From a bacterium (GTDB lineage: Bacteria > SM23-31), in the NCBI GenBank assembly GCA_965249485.1, contig OZ252239.1, positions 2,720,001 through 2,784,000 of the forward strand: 64,000 nt of DNA, written 5' to 3'. Below the pieces are notes generated by a model, which was given only the letters and a program-made list of their open reading frames with translations, made no database searches and had not been told where the DNA came from. Below are positions 50,069-60,888 of this stretch, in pieces. Numbering within the stretch: position 1 is the first letter of the stretch; each line of letters begins with the position of its first letter. The position numbers and the translations under genes were made by a program.

Positions 50069-51955
50069 TTGTATTTATCTAAAGGATTTAATTTTATGAC
50101 TGAACCGGTTCAAAAATCTGAATCTCGCGGAATAATGAAAAGAATGCGGGAGCAAACGCATATTGTTCTATGGATCCTTGTTTTCTCATTTGTTGGCTTA
50201 ATCGTTTTTGAGTGGGGTATGGATATTGTCGGTCTTCGCTCTCCTTCTAATCAAGGTATAATTGGTGAAGTTAACAATCAGGAAATTACTTATCAGGCAT
50301 TCTGGAATAATATTCAAAGACAATTCGTTCTTCTCAGAGATCGTTTCGGAACAGCCCCTGATGAGCAAACTATGCGTATGGTACGCGATCAGGTTTTTAA
50401 TGAAATGGTCAATGCAATCCTGGTTCAGGCTGCAGTTGAAAAATTGGGTTTCACAGCGACCGATGCAGAAGTTACTCAGGAAGTTCTTAACAGGCCCAGG
50501 CCTGAGTTTCTTAATAATCCTGAGTTCATCACCGAAGACGGTAAATTTGACAAAAACAAATATGAAACTGTGCTGAGACAGCTTGCACAAATGAATGCTG
50601 CGGACATTCGCTTTCTTGATGCAGATGCCAGATCCCAAATTCCCGAATACAAATTAAGAAATGCTATCGGTTCTACCGTACGAGTTACCGATAACGAACT
50701 GAAACAACAGTTTATTAAAGATGAGTTGACAGCAACTGTTGAATTTGTTAAGATTGATTATAACAAATTTGCAGATTCGGAAATTGACATATCAGAGGAA
50801 GAGATCAATCAATATTACCGCACTAACTCAGATGATTTTCATCAAGAAGAAACACGGCAAATACGATACGTGTTGTTTAATGCACAACCAACAAACTCTG
50901 ACTCCGCAGCTATCGATGCTCAAATTCAAGAAGCATTAGAAAGAGCCCAAAGTGGTGAAGAATTTACTGATCTGGCGGTTGAATATACCGATTCAAATGG
51001 TGATTTGGGAACATTTGCAAAAGGAGCAATGGTCCCAGCGTTTGAGGAAGCAGTATTTGACAGCAATGTCCGGGAAGGTGATATTGTCGGCCCAGTGGAT
51101 ACACAATTTGGCAGACACATCATAAAAGTTGAGCGTCTGGTTAAACGGAGAGGCGCTGTCGATTCTGTCGAGGCAAAACACATGTTATTTACCTATACGG
51201 CGAGCGCCAGTACGGTTGAAAAAGTTGAATCTGACGCAGGTTATTTGGTAATATCTGCGCGGGAAGAAGATTTTGAATCCGTAGCAAATGCCAGTGGGCT
51301 AACAATATCTTCAACAATACCGTTCCCTGACAACGGTTTCATACCCGGCTTTGGCGCGAATTCTGAGATTTCCAATTTTATCTTTACGAGTGTTTATGCT
51401 GATGACAATCAACCGATTAGTGAAGTGATTGAAACTCCTGCAGGTTTTGCGGTGTTTCAACTCATTGCCGTAAATGAATCGCATACAAAGACTCTTAATG
51501 ACGACAATGTCCGCTTTACAATTGAGCAGAATATCAGGACAGAAAAACAACGAATAATGACTCTTAATCTATTGGCCGAAATCAAAGCTACTATTGATAG
51601 CGGTACATCATTTGCCGATGCAGTGAGCAATGAAAACTTAACTATTGAAACTACAAGTCCTTTTAAACAGAATGACTATTTGCCTGGCGTCGGCACAGAA
51701 ATCCAATTCACGTCTACAGCATTCGAACTTGATTCTGGTGAAATATCACGTCCTGTGGCAGGTAATAACAGCGGATATTTAATTCGGCTGATTGAAAAAG
51801 ATGAGTTTGATGCTGAACAGTTCGCACAACAAAAAAGTACCATTACAAGCCAATTATATCAACAAAAAGTAAATCAGACATTCAGCGCATGGATGCAACA
51901 GCAGCGTGATAATGCAGATATTAAAGACTATAGAAGCAAGTTTTTTACCCGGTAG
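50069..51955 (+). CDS. PpiD/SurA-like membrane-anchored parvulin PPIase chaperone (start probably ATG 50096 or later)
   Basis: N-terminal TM, IGEVNNQEITY, parvulin GDLG.F..GAMVPAFEEAVF...GPVDTQFGRHII, A.IKDYR C-terminus. Confidence 0.88.
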   Translation: MYLSKGFNFMTEPVQKSESRGIMKRMREQTHIVLWILVFSFVGLIVFEWGMDIVGLRSPSNQGIIGEVNNQEITYQAFWNNIQRQFVLLRDRFGTAPDEQTMRMVRDQVFNEMVNAILVQAAVEKLGFTATDAEVTQEVLNRPRPEFLNNPEFITEDGKFDKNKYETVLRQLAQMNAADIRFLDADARSQIPEYKLRNAIGSTVRVTDNELKQQFIKDELTATVEFVKIDYNKFADSEIDISEEEINQYYRTNSDDFHQEETRQIRYVLFNAQPTNSDSAAIDAQIQEALERAQSGEEFTDLAVEYTDSNGDLGTFAKGAMVPAFEEAVFDSNVREGDIVGPVDTQFGRHIIKVERLVKRRGAVDSVEAKHMLFTYTASASTVEKVESDAGYLVISAREEDFESVANASGLTISSTIPFPDNGFIPGFGANSEISNFIFTSVYADDNQPISEVIETPAGFAVFQLIAVNESHTKTLNDDNVRFTIEQNIRTEKQRIMTLNLLAEIKATIDSGTSFADAVSNENLTIETTSPFKQNDYLPGVGTEIQFTSTAFELDSGEISRPVAGNNSGYLIRLIEKDEFDAEQFAQQKSTITSQLYQQKVNQTFSAWMQQQRDNADIKDYRSKFFTR

Positions 51956-51972
51956 TATTTAACTAAATTCCA

Positions 51973-52986
51973 TTAAGAAATTCGGCGTTCGAAGGTGTCA
52001 CGAAATACACCACGGGCGCCGAATTTTTCTTTATAACGGCACAGCCCCCTGTTCGGCTTTTCTTTGAGGGTAAAAGTCCCAAAGTCAAGCAAAGCAATTC
52101 CCTTCTTTTTCGATTCTTGAATAATATGCCAGATGAGACTATCAATAACTCTAAAGGTTTGAAATTCATGATCATGAGCTATGTAAAAAGCTAAATTCAC
52201 CCTTGAATTACACGAAAAAGTAACAACCCCTCCTATAACTCTATTACTCAATTGTGCTACATAGAGTTTAATATCATTAGGAAATAACAATATTAGCCTC
52301 TTAAGTTCACTAAGAGTATGTGTAGGAGTAACATTATGACGCAACTCAAGATTGTTTTGTAAAATTTTATAAAATGGATTGATATCGCTAGACTCGACAA
52401 TTCGAACATTCAACCTTTCTGCTTTCCTCAGTGCTCTTTTGAGACTTTCGGGAAAACGATCAAATATTGTATCAAGTGAATTTTCAAGAGGTAAAACAGA
52501 TGAAAGCTCGCGTCTGCGGTAGAAAAATCCGTGTGTGTGCAATCCGAATTCAAAATTGTTAGATAGTGTAGAACTATAATAGATCGGCGGTATCGTTAAG
52601 ATTATCTGTTGAGTGCCGACTGATTTTGCATGCTTTACGAGTATTTGAACAATGTGCTCAGCTTCGTTGAGTGTAACCGGATTTAATGTGACCGGACCTC
52701 CATACGATGCACCAGGATGTGAGTACAAAACCGATTCCCCTTCCAAGCTAACAACCGCGGCAGGTACAACAGCGAAAAGTGAATTTTGATCTTTTACAAG
52801 TATCGAGGCATCTTGAAAACGTCCTTTCCGGTGGTAATTGAGGAATTTCCGGTAATGAAACAGTGTCCTCTCATGTGATGCACTCACAAAATCATCCCAT
52901 TCTCGTTCATGTTTATCCGTATACCTAATTGCCTCAAAACTCATCAAATTCTCCAACTCATTTGTGTGAAACCTCGTGAAGATCAT
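51973..52986 (-). CDS. GNAT-fold FemAB-like acyltransferase (start probably ATG 52944)
   Basis: WDDFV, LFHYRKFLNYH, SHPGASYGG, LDFG, GLCRYKEKFGA. Confidence 0.8.
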   Translation of the reverse strand: MIFTRFHTNELENLMSFEAIRYTDKHEREWDDFVSASHERTLFHYRKFLNYHRKGRFQDASILVKDQNSLFAVVPAAVVSLEGESVLYSHPGASYGGPVTLNPVTLNEAEHIVQILVKHAKSVGTQQIILTIPPIYYSSTLSNNFEFGLHTHGFFYRRRELSSVLPLENSLDTIFDRFPESLKRALRKAERLNVRIVESSDINPFYKILQNNLELRHNVTPTHTLSELKRLILLFPNDIKLYVAQLSNRVIGGVVTFSCNSRVNLAFYIAHDHEFQTFRVIDSLIWHIIQESKKKGIALLDFGTFTLKEKPNRGLCRYKEKFGARGVFRDTFERRIS

Positions 52987-54295
52987 TTAAAACCAATGCC
53001 ATTGCTTCCGATTGTTTTTGGCGATTAAACTGTTCCAGTTTTTCGCTTTGAACATATTCACTCTTCTTGATAGTATTATGCTTTTTCTGAGACCACTGCA
53101 TGTAAATCCTGTAAATATATTCTGTTGTTTCAACAATATTATCTCCTGTCTGGAAGAAAACATCAGAAGCATATTCTTCCAATAATGACTGTGCCTCACC
53201 AGAAGGAATATGAGCAAGAATTGGTATATCTGTTGCCAAGTATTCAAAAAGTTTACTCGTTATAATACCCGGAGTTTCATTTTTGGTTATTGGGAATAGT
53301 AGCAAATTGCTATTTAGCATCTTTTCAATAGCCAGTTTATGCGGAAGATAACCGCACAGTTCTATGCATTCGCCTGAAAACGATTTTTCAAGTTCTTTTA
53401 TAAATTGTTTTTCTAACACGCTTCCGATTATTCTGATTCGAAGATTGTCTTTGATGTCAGGATTTAATTCGGTCAAACGTAAAATCACTGATATGAAGAC
53501 ATTGGGATTAGCCCATTCTGTCACGGTACCAGTAAAAGTAACAGTAAATTTTTTGTCATCTTTTATACTAAATGGAAAATCGGATAGATCAAAACCGTTA
53601 TAAATAAGATTGAGTTTTTCTTTCATTCCAGAGAATAATATATTCTGATATGAATACAAAGTATTAGAAATACATGTAACTTTATCTGCATTCTTAAGGG
53701 TTATTTTTTCCAATAATCTGTGTAATGAAAAATGTATCTTACTGTGGTGAGGTAAAAAATCATTACTTGTCCAGCCGTCTCTGAAATCGGCAATCCATGG
53801 TAATCGAAACGATTTTGCCAACAACAAACCAAGCAGGTGCGCGGAAAATGGAGGTCCTGTTGAAATAATTGCCTGAATATTGTCACGTTTCATGAGAAAC
53901 AATGCACGGAAAAACGCAAAAGGAATCCAAAGTATCTTAGAATCGGGTATAAGAATAAATCCTTCCAAGAAACGCAATACATTCTGCTTGCGAGACTTCT
54001 CTGTAAATGATCGCTTCTTCGCATTCTTCCGGGAAAACAAAAAACCTATTCTCAGTGGATCAAGAGAACCTGTCCGAACAATCTCAGCATTTTCACATTC
54101 TTCCAGTAATGATTCGTCACGTTGGTAGTAGAGTATATCTTTTACCGTAAGTACAGTGACATCCCAGTCGAATTGTGGCAGATAGCGGGCAAATTTCACT
54201 GCACGCTGGACTCCTCCCATTCCGCAAGGAGGAAAATAATACGAAATCAGCAGTACTCTTTTTTTGCTATTCAAAGGTTTATTCACTATGATCAA
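52958..54295 (-). CDS. GT4 family glycosyltransferase
   Basis: YYFPP..MGGVQR..KF, STGPPFSAH, PWIADFRD.W, IYNGFD, KLFEYLA. Confidence 0.88.
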   Translation of the reverse strand: MIIVNKPLNSKKRVLLISYYFPPCGMGGVQRAVKFARYLPQFDWDVTVLTVKDILYYQRDESLLEECENAEIVRTGSLDPLRIGFLFSRKNAKKRSFTEKSRKQNVLRFLEGFILIPDSKILWIPFAFFRALFLMKRDNIQAIISTGPPFSAHLLGLLLAKSFRLPWIADFRDGWTSNDFLPHHSKIHFSLHRLLEKITLKNADKVTCISNTLYSYQNILFSGMKEKLNLIYNGFDLSDFPFSIKDDKKFTVTFTGTVTEWANPNVFISVILRLTELNPDIKDNLRIRIIGSVLEKQFIKELEKSFSGECIELCGYLPHKLAIEKMLNSNLLLFPITKNETPGIITSKLFEYLATDIPILAHIPSGEAQSLLEEYASDVFFQTGDNIVETTEYIYRIYMQWSQKKHNTIKKSEYVQSEKLEQFNRQKQSEAMALVLNDLHEVSHK

Positions 54296-54499
54296 TTACA
54301 ATTTTATTGCAATAGTAGTGCTGTTTATCACAAAAATATAATAAACTTTGCAATAAAAAATAATAATTCTTTTTACACTACGATGGATACGTCTGGTAAG
54401 GAATAATTAAGGAGAATGCGTTTAGGTGGCAGGGCAAATACACTCTATGAACAAACTGACCATATTATTACCGTATTATAATAAAATCAATTTCAACGT

Positions 54500-56011
54500 T
54501 TAATCTTCAATGTCCATTTCAAATTCATCACTTAAAGAACTGAAAATATTGTCGACATAATCCCCGTATGAGGTTGAAATACCATTCATCTCCTTACTGA
54601 GAACTGAGTGCTGATGCAATCCTTCGAGCACAAATTCCATTACACTTCCAGCTTCTGCTTTATCATCAGGATTACTGATATTAATACTTTGAACGGCCAA
54701 CTCTTTTAAGTTTGTAACTGATTCCAATGCACTGAAATATGAATCAGTCGATAAATCATCAGATAAATCCAGTGTATTGCCTTGACCAAACCACAGTTTA
54801 ATTTTTTCGTATGCTCTGTTCGATTCCGATACCTCTGATTTTTTTGTGTACACTTTTGGGAAGTACATTGTAAACACTTCCTTAACAGCTTGTCCTATCA
54901 GAAGACGAGCAACATTAACGGCTCCTTCTTGCTCTCCTTCATACACCAATTCAATTTTTCCGACAATCGAAGGGACAACTGCTTCCAAATCACACATTCT
55001 TGGACAACAATCATGTTCTTTGAGAATAATGTTTCGCCGCTCGACATTGCTTATCAGGTTCTCCATGCAAGTAATCGGAAGGCGAGCACTCACACCCGAC
55101 TTCTGGTCAATAAATTCGCTATTTCGTGCTTGAACAGCTATAAACTCGATAATTTCCTTCATATACTGGGGTACGACAACAGGTTGCTCGTTATTTCGTT
55201 CTGTCCATGCCTCCTGCCCTGTAATTTTGATTCCGTCTTCGATGGAGCGTGGATAGTGTGTATGTATCTGGGAGGCAATTCTATCCCTGAGTGGAGTGAT
55301 AATATTTCCCCGGTTTGTATAGTCTTCCGGATTTGCTGTGTATACGATAAGAATATCCATTGGAATCCGTATGGGGAAACCTCTGATTTGAATATCTTTT
55401 TCCTGCATAATATTAAGAAGGCCAACCTGTATACGCTGCTGCAGGTCGGGTAATTCATTGATTGCAAATATTCCGCGGTTTGTTCTTGGAATAATTCCGT
55501 AATGTATTGTCCCCTCATGGGCATAATGCAGCTTTTGTGCAGCCGCCTTTATGGGATCGATGTCCCCGATCAAATCGGCAATGGATACATCAGGAGTAGC
55601 CAGCTTTTCTGCGTAACGCTGTTCACGAGGAAGCCAGGCAACAGGTAAATCATCACCCAGCTCTTTGTGTAATTCGTGACACCGTTTACACACTGGTATA
55701 TAGGGATTGTCGTTAATTTCACACCCTTCGATGATAGGAATTGACTCATCAAGTAAATTGATCAGTTCACGAAGAATTTTGCTTTTAGCCTGGCCCCGCA
55801 ATCCCAGAAAAATAAAGTCATGATTTGATAAAATTGCATTCTGAATCTGTGGAATCACTGTCTCATCATAACCCACTATCTTGGGAAAGAGCGTCTCATT
55901 ATTCTTCATTTTTGTGATGAGATTATTACGGAGTTCCTCTTTAACCGAAATAACAGCATAGCCGGTCTTTTTCAAATCCTTCAGTGTTTTGGGGCTTGTA
56001 TCAATTTTCAT
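54500..56011 (-). CDS. AAA+ ATPase of the magnesium-chelatase-like (ChlI/MoxR-related) group
   Basis: GLRGQAKS Walker A, EKLATPD, IFAINELPDL, TANPEDYTNRG, SGVSAR. Confidence 0.85.
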   Translation of the reverse strand: MKIDTSPKTLKDLKKTGYAVISVKEELRNNLITKMKNNETLFPKIVGYDETVIPQIQNAILSNHDFIFLGLRGQAKSKILRELINLLDESIPIIEGCEINDNPYIPVCKRCHELHKELGDDLPVAWLPREQRYAEKLATPDVSIADLIGDIDPIKAAAQKLHYAHEGTIHYGIIPRTNRGIFAINELPDLQQRIQVGLLNIMQEKDIQIRGFPIRIPMDILIVYTANPEDYTNRGNIITPLRDRIASQIHTHYPRSIEDGIKITGQEAWTERNNEQPVVVPQYMKEIIEFIAVQARNSEFIDQKSGVSARLPITCMENLISNVERRNIILKEHDCCPRMCDLEAVVPSIVGKIELVYEGEQEGAVNVARLLIGQAVKEVFTMYFPKVYTKKSEVSESNRAYEKIKLWFGQGNTLDLSDDLSTDSYFSALESVTNLKELAVQSINISNPDDKAEAGSVMEFVLEGLHQHSVLSKEMNGISTSYGDYVDNIFSSLSDEFEMDIED

Positions 56012-57096
56012 TTTACTCTGCGCTTCCTATTGCGTATATAATCAACAAATATAAATTCACTTAAATCTTTGAGCGATGCAAAAAACGCTCTTCCCTGATT
56101 TACACTCGTTAATTTTTCGACAAAATTTTGCAAATGGGGATCCTGGGCAATCATGAAGGTCGAAATGACAACTTTATCTTTTCGGCACGCCGCTGCTTCA
56201 TTTAACGTCTGATTCACAATCAGCGGATCTAAACCCCAAGAATTTTTGTATAACTTGCCTTGATGAAAAATTGCTGACGGTTTACCATCGGTTATCATAA
56301 AGATTTGCTTATTAGTTGTTTTCTGCCTATTTAAAATATCCCTGGCCAGACGAAGTCCAGCTTTGGTATTCGTATGGAAAGGACCGACCGATAATAGAGG
56401 CAAATCACTTACCGAAATCTCTTTTGCGTTGTCTCCAAAAACACAGACACTGAGATTGTCTCTGGGAAATTGGGTCATAATGAGTTCTGATAAAGCAAGT
56501 GCAACTTGTTTTGCGGGAGTTATTCTGTCTTCACCATAAAGAATCATACTATGACTAATGTCGACGAGTAGTACAGTCGCACAAGTGACGGAATTTTCTG
56601 TTTCATACGAAACAAGGTCATTTTCTTCAAAATGGAAGGCGTCTATCCCATGATTTCTGAGAGCATTATTAAGTGATGAAGTTATATCAAGGTTGGTAAT
56701 GTTATCGCCGAATTCATACGGACGTGTCTCATTTGCCTTCTCAATATCTTTCCCAGGGTTGGGTATGAGATGATCACCATAAAAATCGGGCTTAAGTGAG
56801 CTGAAAATTTGCCGTAACGAGTCCTTTCGAATCCTTTGAGACCCTTTAGAGGTTAGAGAAAATCGATCTATGTTTCGCTTTATAAATCCTTCTTCTTCCA
56901 GACGATTGAGAAAATCTTCGAAATCAATTCCGAATTGGAATAGACTGTACTTATTATTAAGTTGTTGCATCCATTCCAGTGCCTCTTCAACATTTCCGCT
57001 AAGTTGAAGCAAAAGCTGGTTGAATATATTGAGGAGATCGTCAAAATGAAGATTACTAAGCTCTTTGCCGTTCCATTTTGTGTATCTGAAACGCAT
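56008..57096 (-). CDS. VWA domain protein, partner of the AAA+ ATPase
   Basis: MIDAS DISHS...HTNT...ITDGKPS; stop overlaps the ATPase start (ATGA); start placed at MRFRYTKW. Confidence 0.87.
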   Translation of the reverse strand: MRFRYTKWNGKELSNLHFDDLLNIFNQLLLQLSGNVEEALEWMQQLNNKYSLFQFGIDFEDFLNRLEEEGFIKRNIDRFSLTSKGSQRIRKDSLRQIFSSLKPDFYGDHLIPNPGKDIEKANETRPYEFGDNITNLDITSSLNNALRNHGIDAFHFEENDLVSYETENSVTCATVLLVDISHSMILYGEDRITPAKQVALALSELIMTQFPRDNLSVCVFGDNAKEISVSDLPLLSVGPFHTNTKAGLRLARDILNRQKTTNKQIFMITDGKPSAIFHQGKLYKNSWGLDPLIVNQTLNEAAACRKDKVVISTFMIAQDPHLQNFVEKLTSVNQGRAFFASLKDLSEFIFVDYIRNRKRRVK

Positions 57097-57413
57097 ATAT
57101 ATATAATATTCCTTGAAATTTGTACTAATCACAGGCATCCACAAACTTGCAGAATTCTGTACGTAAATTATCTTATGGAATTGTCTGAAACAGTCAGGAA
57201 TACTGCGTAAAACTGCTCTATCATAATTGTTTCACCACTAAAAAGCCACAAATCTATAAACAAAAGTGTGCTACATTGCCCTTCATAGCACAACACAATA
57301 TTAAAGTGATGTTATGCAAGTTTAGTTCCCAATATCACGGTAATACTTTACAATTAATCCGATGATTGATTTGGTACTTTCGGCATATCTTGCAGTATCG
57401 TGTCAAGATTGTA

Positions 57414-58187
57414 CTACTTTTTGAGAATCGCTGCCATTGCCTTTGCAATTCGAATAGTATGGCCAGCGTGGCAATTGTTAAAAAGGAGTATGTTATTGAC
57501 GTTTTTCTGTTAATTTCCCGTATTTGTTCTATCCAATCTACAAGCTCCTGTTCAGTGTAAAGATAATCGCACCTGTCACCTTTCGATGAATCCCACCATG
57601 TTTTACTGTTTCTTCCGTGAAACCTGACTTAACCTGTGTCTCCGGTTGTTATATCCTGTACAGGTAGTAAATCCCTGCAGTAACGGTTCATCCACACAGC
57701 AGTAGCCCATGTTCAGCATTCGGCAATATTCATTGTTTGCAGGTTTTATCCAGGAAGAATTTCTGAATTCAATAAACAGAGGAATATCTCCGTAATTTTC
57801 TTTGATTTTATCCAGACAGAGTCTGTTTACTTTGGTATTTTTAAACGAATAGGGAAAATGCGCAAAAAAACCAGAGAGTTTACCTGCCGCTTTTAAAGGT
57901 TAAGTATGCTTATGTAGCACTTTAAGTGAATCGTTGTAATTCTCTATTTCATCGGTTACTTCCTTGTGAACTTTAACAATATATTCAAAATTTTGAGAGG
58001 TCTTTTCATCCAAAGTGTCGAACACTTTTTGAGCTGGAATACGGAAATAAGTCGAATTTATTTCTACAGTATCAAATTTGTAGACATAAAAGGAAGACCA
58101 TCGCGTTTCATTGGTACCCGGTAGGTAAAAGACACCCGTCCAGTCTACAAAACTGAATCTCGAAGTGCTAAATTTGACAATTCCCAT
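57414..58187 (-). pseudogene. DUF72 (YecE-like) family gene, heavily degraded
   Basis: FDTVEINSTYF, IEFRNSSW, VDEP, VRFHGRN...W, YLYTEQEL..W, NNCHAG spread across frames; TAA at 57900 and 57629, frameshifts near 57670 and 57480. Confidence 0.88.
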
Positions 58188-58200
58188 GAACACCACCACA

Positions 58201-58237
58201 AAAAAAACCGGGAAGCGATTACCTCGTATCCCGGTTT
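58201..58237 (-). terminator. Intrinsic terminator after the TPR gene
   Basis: Minus strand AAACCGGGA...TCCCGGTTTTTTT. Confidence 0.7.
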
Positions 58238-58252
58238 CTAAGAATTTTCATA

Positions 58253-58927
58253 TCATTGTCGTGCAAGAATAACTTCAGCTTCACGTGCTGCGCTGGAATT
58301 AGGAAAATTGCTGATGATATTCTGGCATTGTACAAAAGCATCATTATCATTGCCTGTCAGCAGAAGTGTTCTCACAGCACCCAGCATATTATCCGGAGTG
58401 ATAAATTCATTCGGATAATCATTTGCAGACTGCAGGTAATACTGAATGGCTTTATCAAAATTTTCGAGCTGTTCATTGCATGCTGCAATACCTGCAAGAG
58501 CAGAGCTGCTTAAAAAATCCGTCGATTTATATTGGTCAATATATATTTGATAGTATTTTTCGGCATTTACAAAATCGCCAAGAAAATAGTATGCATTCCC
58601 GAGGTAAATTGAGGCGGTTCCTGCGCTGAGTGTACCGTTATGTTGCTCAATCAGTTCCTGCAATTCCTGAATCAATTGCGTATTATAAATTCTTTTTTCA
58701 ATATATTCAAATTCGAGCGCATAGAGCTTTGACGATGCTTCCTGCTCCTGTGTTATACTTCTCTGATAAAGAACAAATCCTAGCAAAACGATTACAAGTG
58801 CGGATCCTGCTACAACAGCAAGCCGTTTCCACTCTGTTTCAAGATATGTTTGAACTTTTACAACAGTTGTGAGAAGCTTATCCTCTTTGAGTTGTTTTTT
58901 TGTCAGCCTTTTACGTGGTTTCAGCAT
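58253..58927 (-). CDS. Membrane-anchored TPR protein (YfgM-like)
   Basis: Basic N-terminus (KKQLKED), single TM, TPR repeats (YLGNAYY.LGDF..A..YY). Confidence 0.8.
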   Translation of the reverse strand: MLKPRKRLTKKQLKEDKLLTTVVKVQTYLETEWKRLAVVAGSALVIVLLGFVLYQRSITQEQEASSKLYALEFEYIEKRIYNTQLIQELQELIEQHNGTLSAGTASIYLGNAYYFLGDFVNAEKYYQIYIDQYKSTDFLSSSALAGIAACNEQLENFDKAIQYYLQSANDYPNEFITPDNMLGAVRTLLLTGNDNDAFVQCQNIISNFPNSSAAREAEVILARQ

Positions 58928-59014
58928 TTTCGTTCCCGTTCACATTAACAATATTTTTACCGGCGTAAATGTACAAGTATTTCAATCAAAAGAAAAGGAC
59001 AATTTATACAATTT

Positions 59015-59503
59015 TTACTTTTTCAGAGACTTCATTAAACCTGACATCTCTAATAGGGTCAATGCTGCTTCCCACCCTTTGTTGCCTGATTTAGTACCTG
59101 CCCTATTTATAGCCTGCTCAACCGTATCGGTTGTCAGCACACCATACACTACCGGTAAATCCGATTGAATGCCGACCTGTGCAATCCCTTTTGTCGTTTC
59201 AGCAGCAATATAATCAAAATGGGGTGTTTCTCCACGAATGACCGCTCCGAGACAGATCATCCCATCAAAATTGCCCTTCTTGGCTACGGATTGTGCCATT
59301 TGCGCTATTTCAAACGATCCAGGCACCCAGAACACCTCTACGGCATTCAAGTCCGTAAAATGCTGTTCTAAACAATCAAGAGCCCCTTTGAGCAGGCTGT
59401 TCGTAATAAATTCATTGAATCTACTGATCACAATTGCAATTTTTAAATTTTTACCGGTGATTTTCCCTTTATGTACTTGAACCACAGCAACCTCCAATGT
59501 CAT
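59015..59503 (-). CDS. ribH: 6,7-dimethyl-8-ribityllumazine synthase
   Basis: SRFN, VPGSFEI, LGAVIRGETPHFDY, GNKGWEAA. Confidence 0.97.
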   Translation of the reverse strand: MTLEVAVVQVHKGKITGKNLKIAIVISRFNEFITNSLLKGALDCLEQHFTDLNAVEVFWVPGSFEIAQMAQSVAKKGNFDGMICLGAVIRGETPHFDYIAAETTKGIAQVGIQSDLPVVYGVLTTDTVEQAINRAGTKSGNKGWEAALTLLEMSGLMKSLKK

Positions 59504-59538
59504 TATTTTTCTATATCTTACACGTTATAATCAAATAC

Positions 59539-60774
59539 TCAAGGCAGTTTTTCAAGAATAAAGTGACCGAGTTTATCCCGTTTTGTTTTTAGATACTTTT
59601 CATTTACATAATTCGGTGGAATCTCTATTGGCACCCGGTCAACAACTTCGAGACCATATCCCTGTAGTCCAACAATTTTTCTCGGATTATTAGTAATTAG
59701 ACGCATCTTTCGCACGTTGAGGTCATACAGAATCTGCGCACCGATACCATAATCACGTAAATCGGGCTTGAATCCCAGTTCTTCGTTTGCTTCTACAGTA
59801 TCCATACCCTTTTCCTGCAGCTCATATGCCATAATCTTACTTGCCAATCCGATACCTCTGCCTTCCTGTCTCATATAAAGCAAGAGACCATTACCTTCTT
59901 TTTCTATCTGACGTAAAGCCCGGTGAAGTTGTTTTCCGCAGTCACATCGGAGGGAACCCAGTGAGTCACCAGTTAAGCATTCCGAATGAACACGCACAAG
60001 TACTGGCTCATCCGGATTTATTTCACCCTTGATCAAGGCAATGACATAATCTCCATCATTAATATTTTTGTAAAGCACCAATCTGAATGTACCGAAAATT
60101 GAAGGAAAGTCTACTTCTGACTCTTTCTTCACCAGTTTTTCATTACGCCTTCTATATTCAATAATGTCAGTAATCGAAATGATTTTCAGATCAAGCTCTT
60201 TCGCTATTTCAAATAATCTCGGCAGCCTCGCCATTGAACCATCTTCATCCATAATTTCACAAAGCACACCGGACGGATCTAAGCCGGCAAGACGTGCAAG
60301 GTCAACTGCTGCTTCTGTATGCCCTGCTCTCCGTAAAACACCACCAGTCTTGGAGCGAAGTGGAAAGATATGTCCCGGACGCGCTAGATCATTGGGTTTA
60401 CATTCAGGATCGATCGCGGTAAGGATTGTGCTTGCTCTGTCAAATGTGGATGTTCCTGTAGTCGTATGGTATTTCGCATCAATTGACACAGTAAACGGCG
60501 TATTGTGTAATGCCGTATTCCTGTCTACCATTAAATCGAGCTGTAATTCATCTGTACGCTTACTTGTCAAAGCGAGACAGATAATGCCTCTCCCCCGGCT
60601 CGCCATATTATTAATGATATCTGGCGTCACTTTTTCTGCAGCACAGATAAAATCCCCTTCGTTCTCGCGATCTTCATCATCGACAACAATGACAATCTTT
60701 CCATCATTAATGTCCTTAATTGCATCATCAATCGAATTGAATTGTTCTTCAAGCTGTTCATTCGTATCTGTCAT
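59539..60774 (-). CDS. ribBA: Bifunctional DHBP synthase / GTP cyclohydrolase II
   Basis: [55 protein letters not shown]. Confidence 0.97.
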   Translation of the reverse strand: MTDTNEQLEEQFNSIDDAIKDINDGKIVIVVDDEDRENEGDFICAAEKVTPDIINNMASRGRGIICLALTSKRTDELQLDLMVDRNTALHNTPFTVSIDAKYHTTTGTSTFDRASTILTAIDPECKPNDLARPGHIFPLRSKTGGVLRRAGHTEAAVDLARLAGLDPSGVLCEIMDEDGSMARLPRLFEIAKELDLKIISITDIIEYRRRNEKLVKKESEVDFPSIFGTFRLVLYKNINDGDYVIALIKGEINPDEPVLVRVHSECLTGDSLGSLRCDCGKQLHRALRQIEKEGNGLLLYMRQEGRGIGLASKIMAYELQEKGMDTVEANEELGFKPDLRDYGIGAQILYDLNVRKMRLITNNPRKIVGLQGYGLEVVDRVPIEIPPNYVNEKYLKTKRDKLGHFILEKLP

Positions 60775-60888
60775 TAAGATTTCTCACTTTTCTTCGGATT
60801 TTTTACTTTTACTTTATGTTTATTATATCGAATCCCGATTTTCAGGACAAAATTGACATAACCCAGTTCCGAATTCTATAAATTTTTA

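Noticed and set aside
54500..56011. True magnesium chelatase or sigma-54 activator
   Set aside because: No chelatase H subunit or bch genes nearby, no GAFTGA motif and no evident HTH.
258..57902. Alternative genetic code (TAA or TAG reassigned) suggested by repeated in-frame stops
   Set aside because: TAA, TAG and TGA all end intact conserved genes here, the expected residues at the premature stops differ, and several broken genes also have frameshifts.
60164..60856. 230-aa plus-strand ORF
   Set aside because: Antisense to ribBA with no motif or SD; a codon-bias shadow. The same applies to antisense ORFs over infB (17890..18405), ftsH (26981..27499) and the AAA+ gene (54890..55453).
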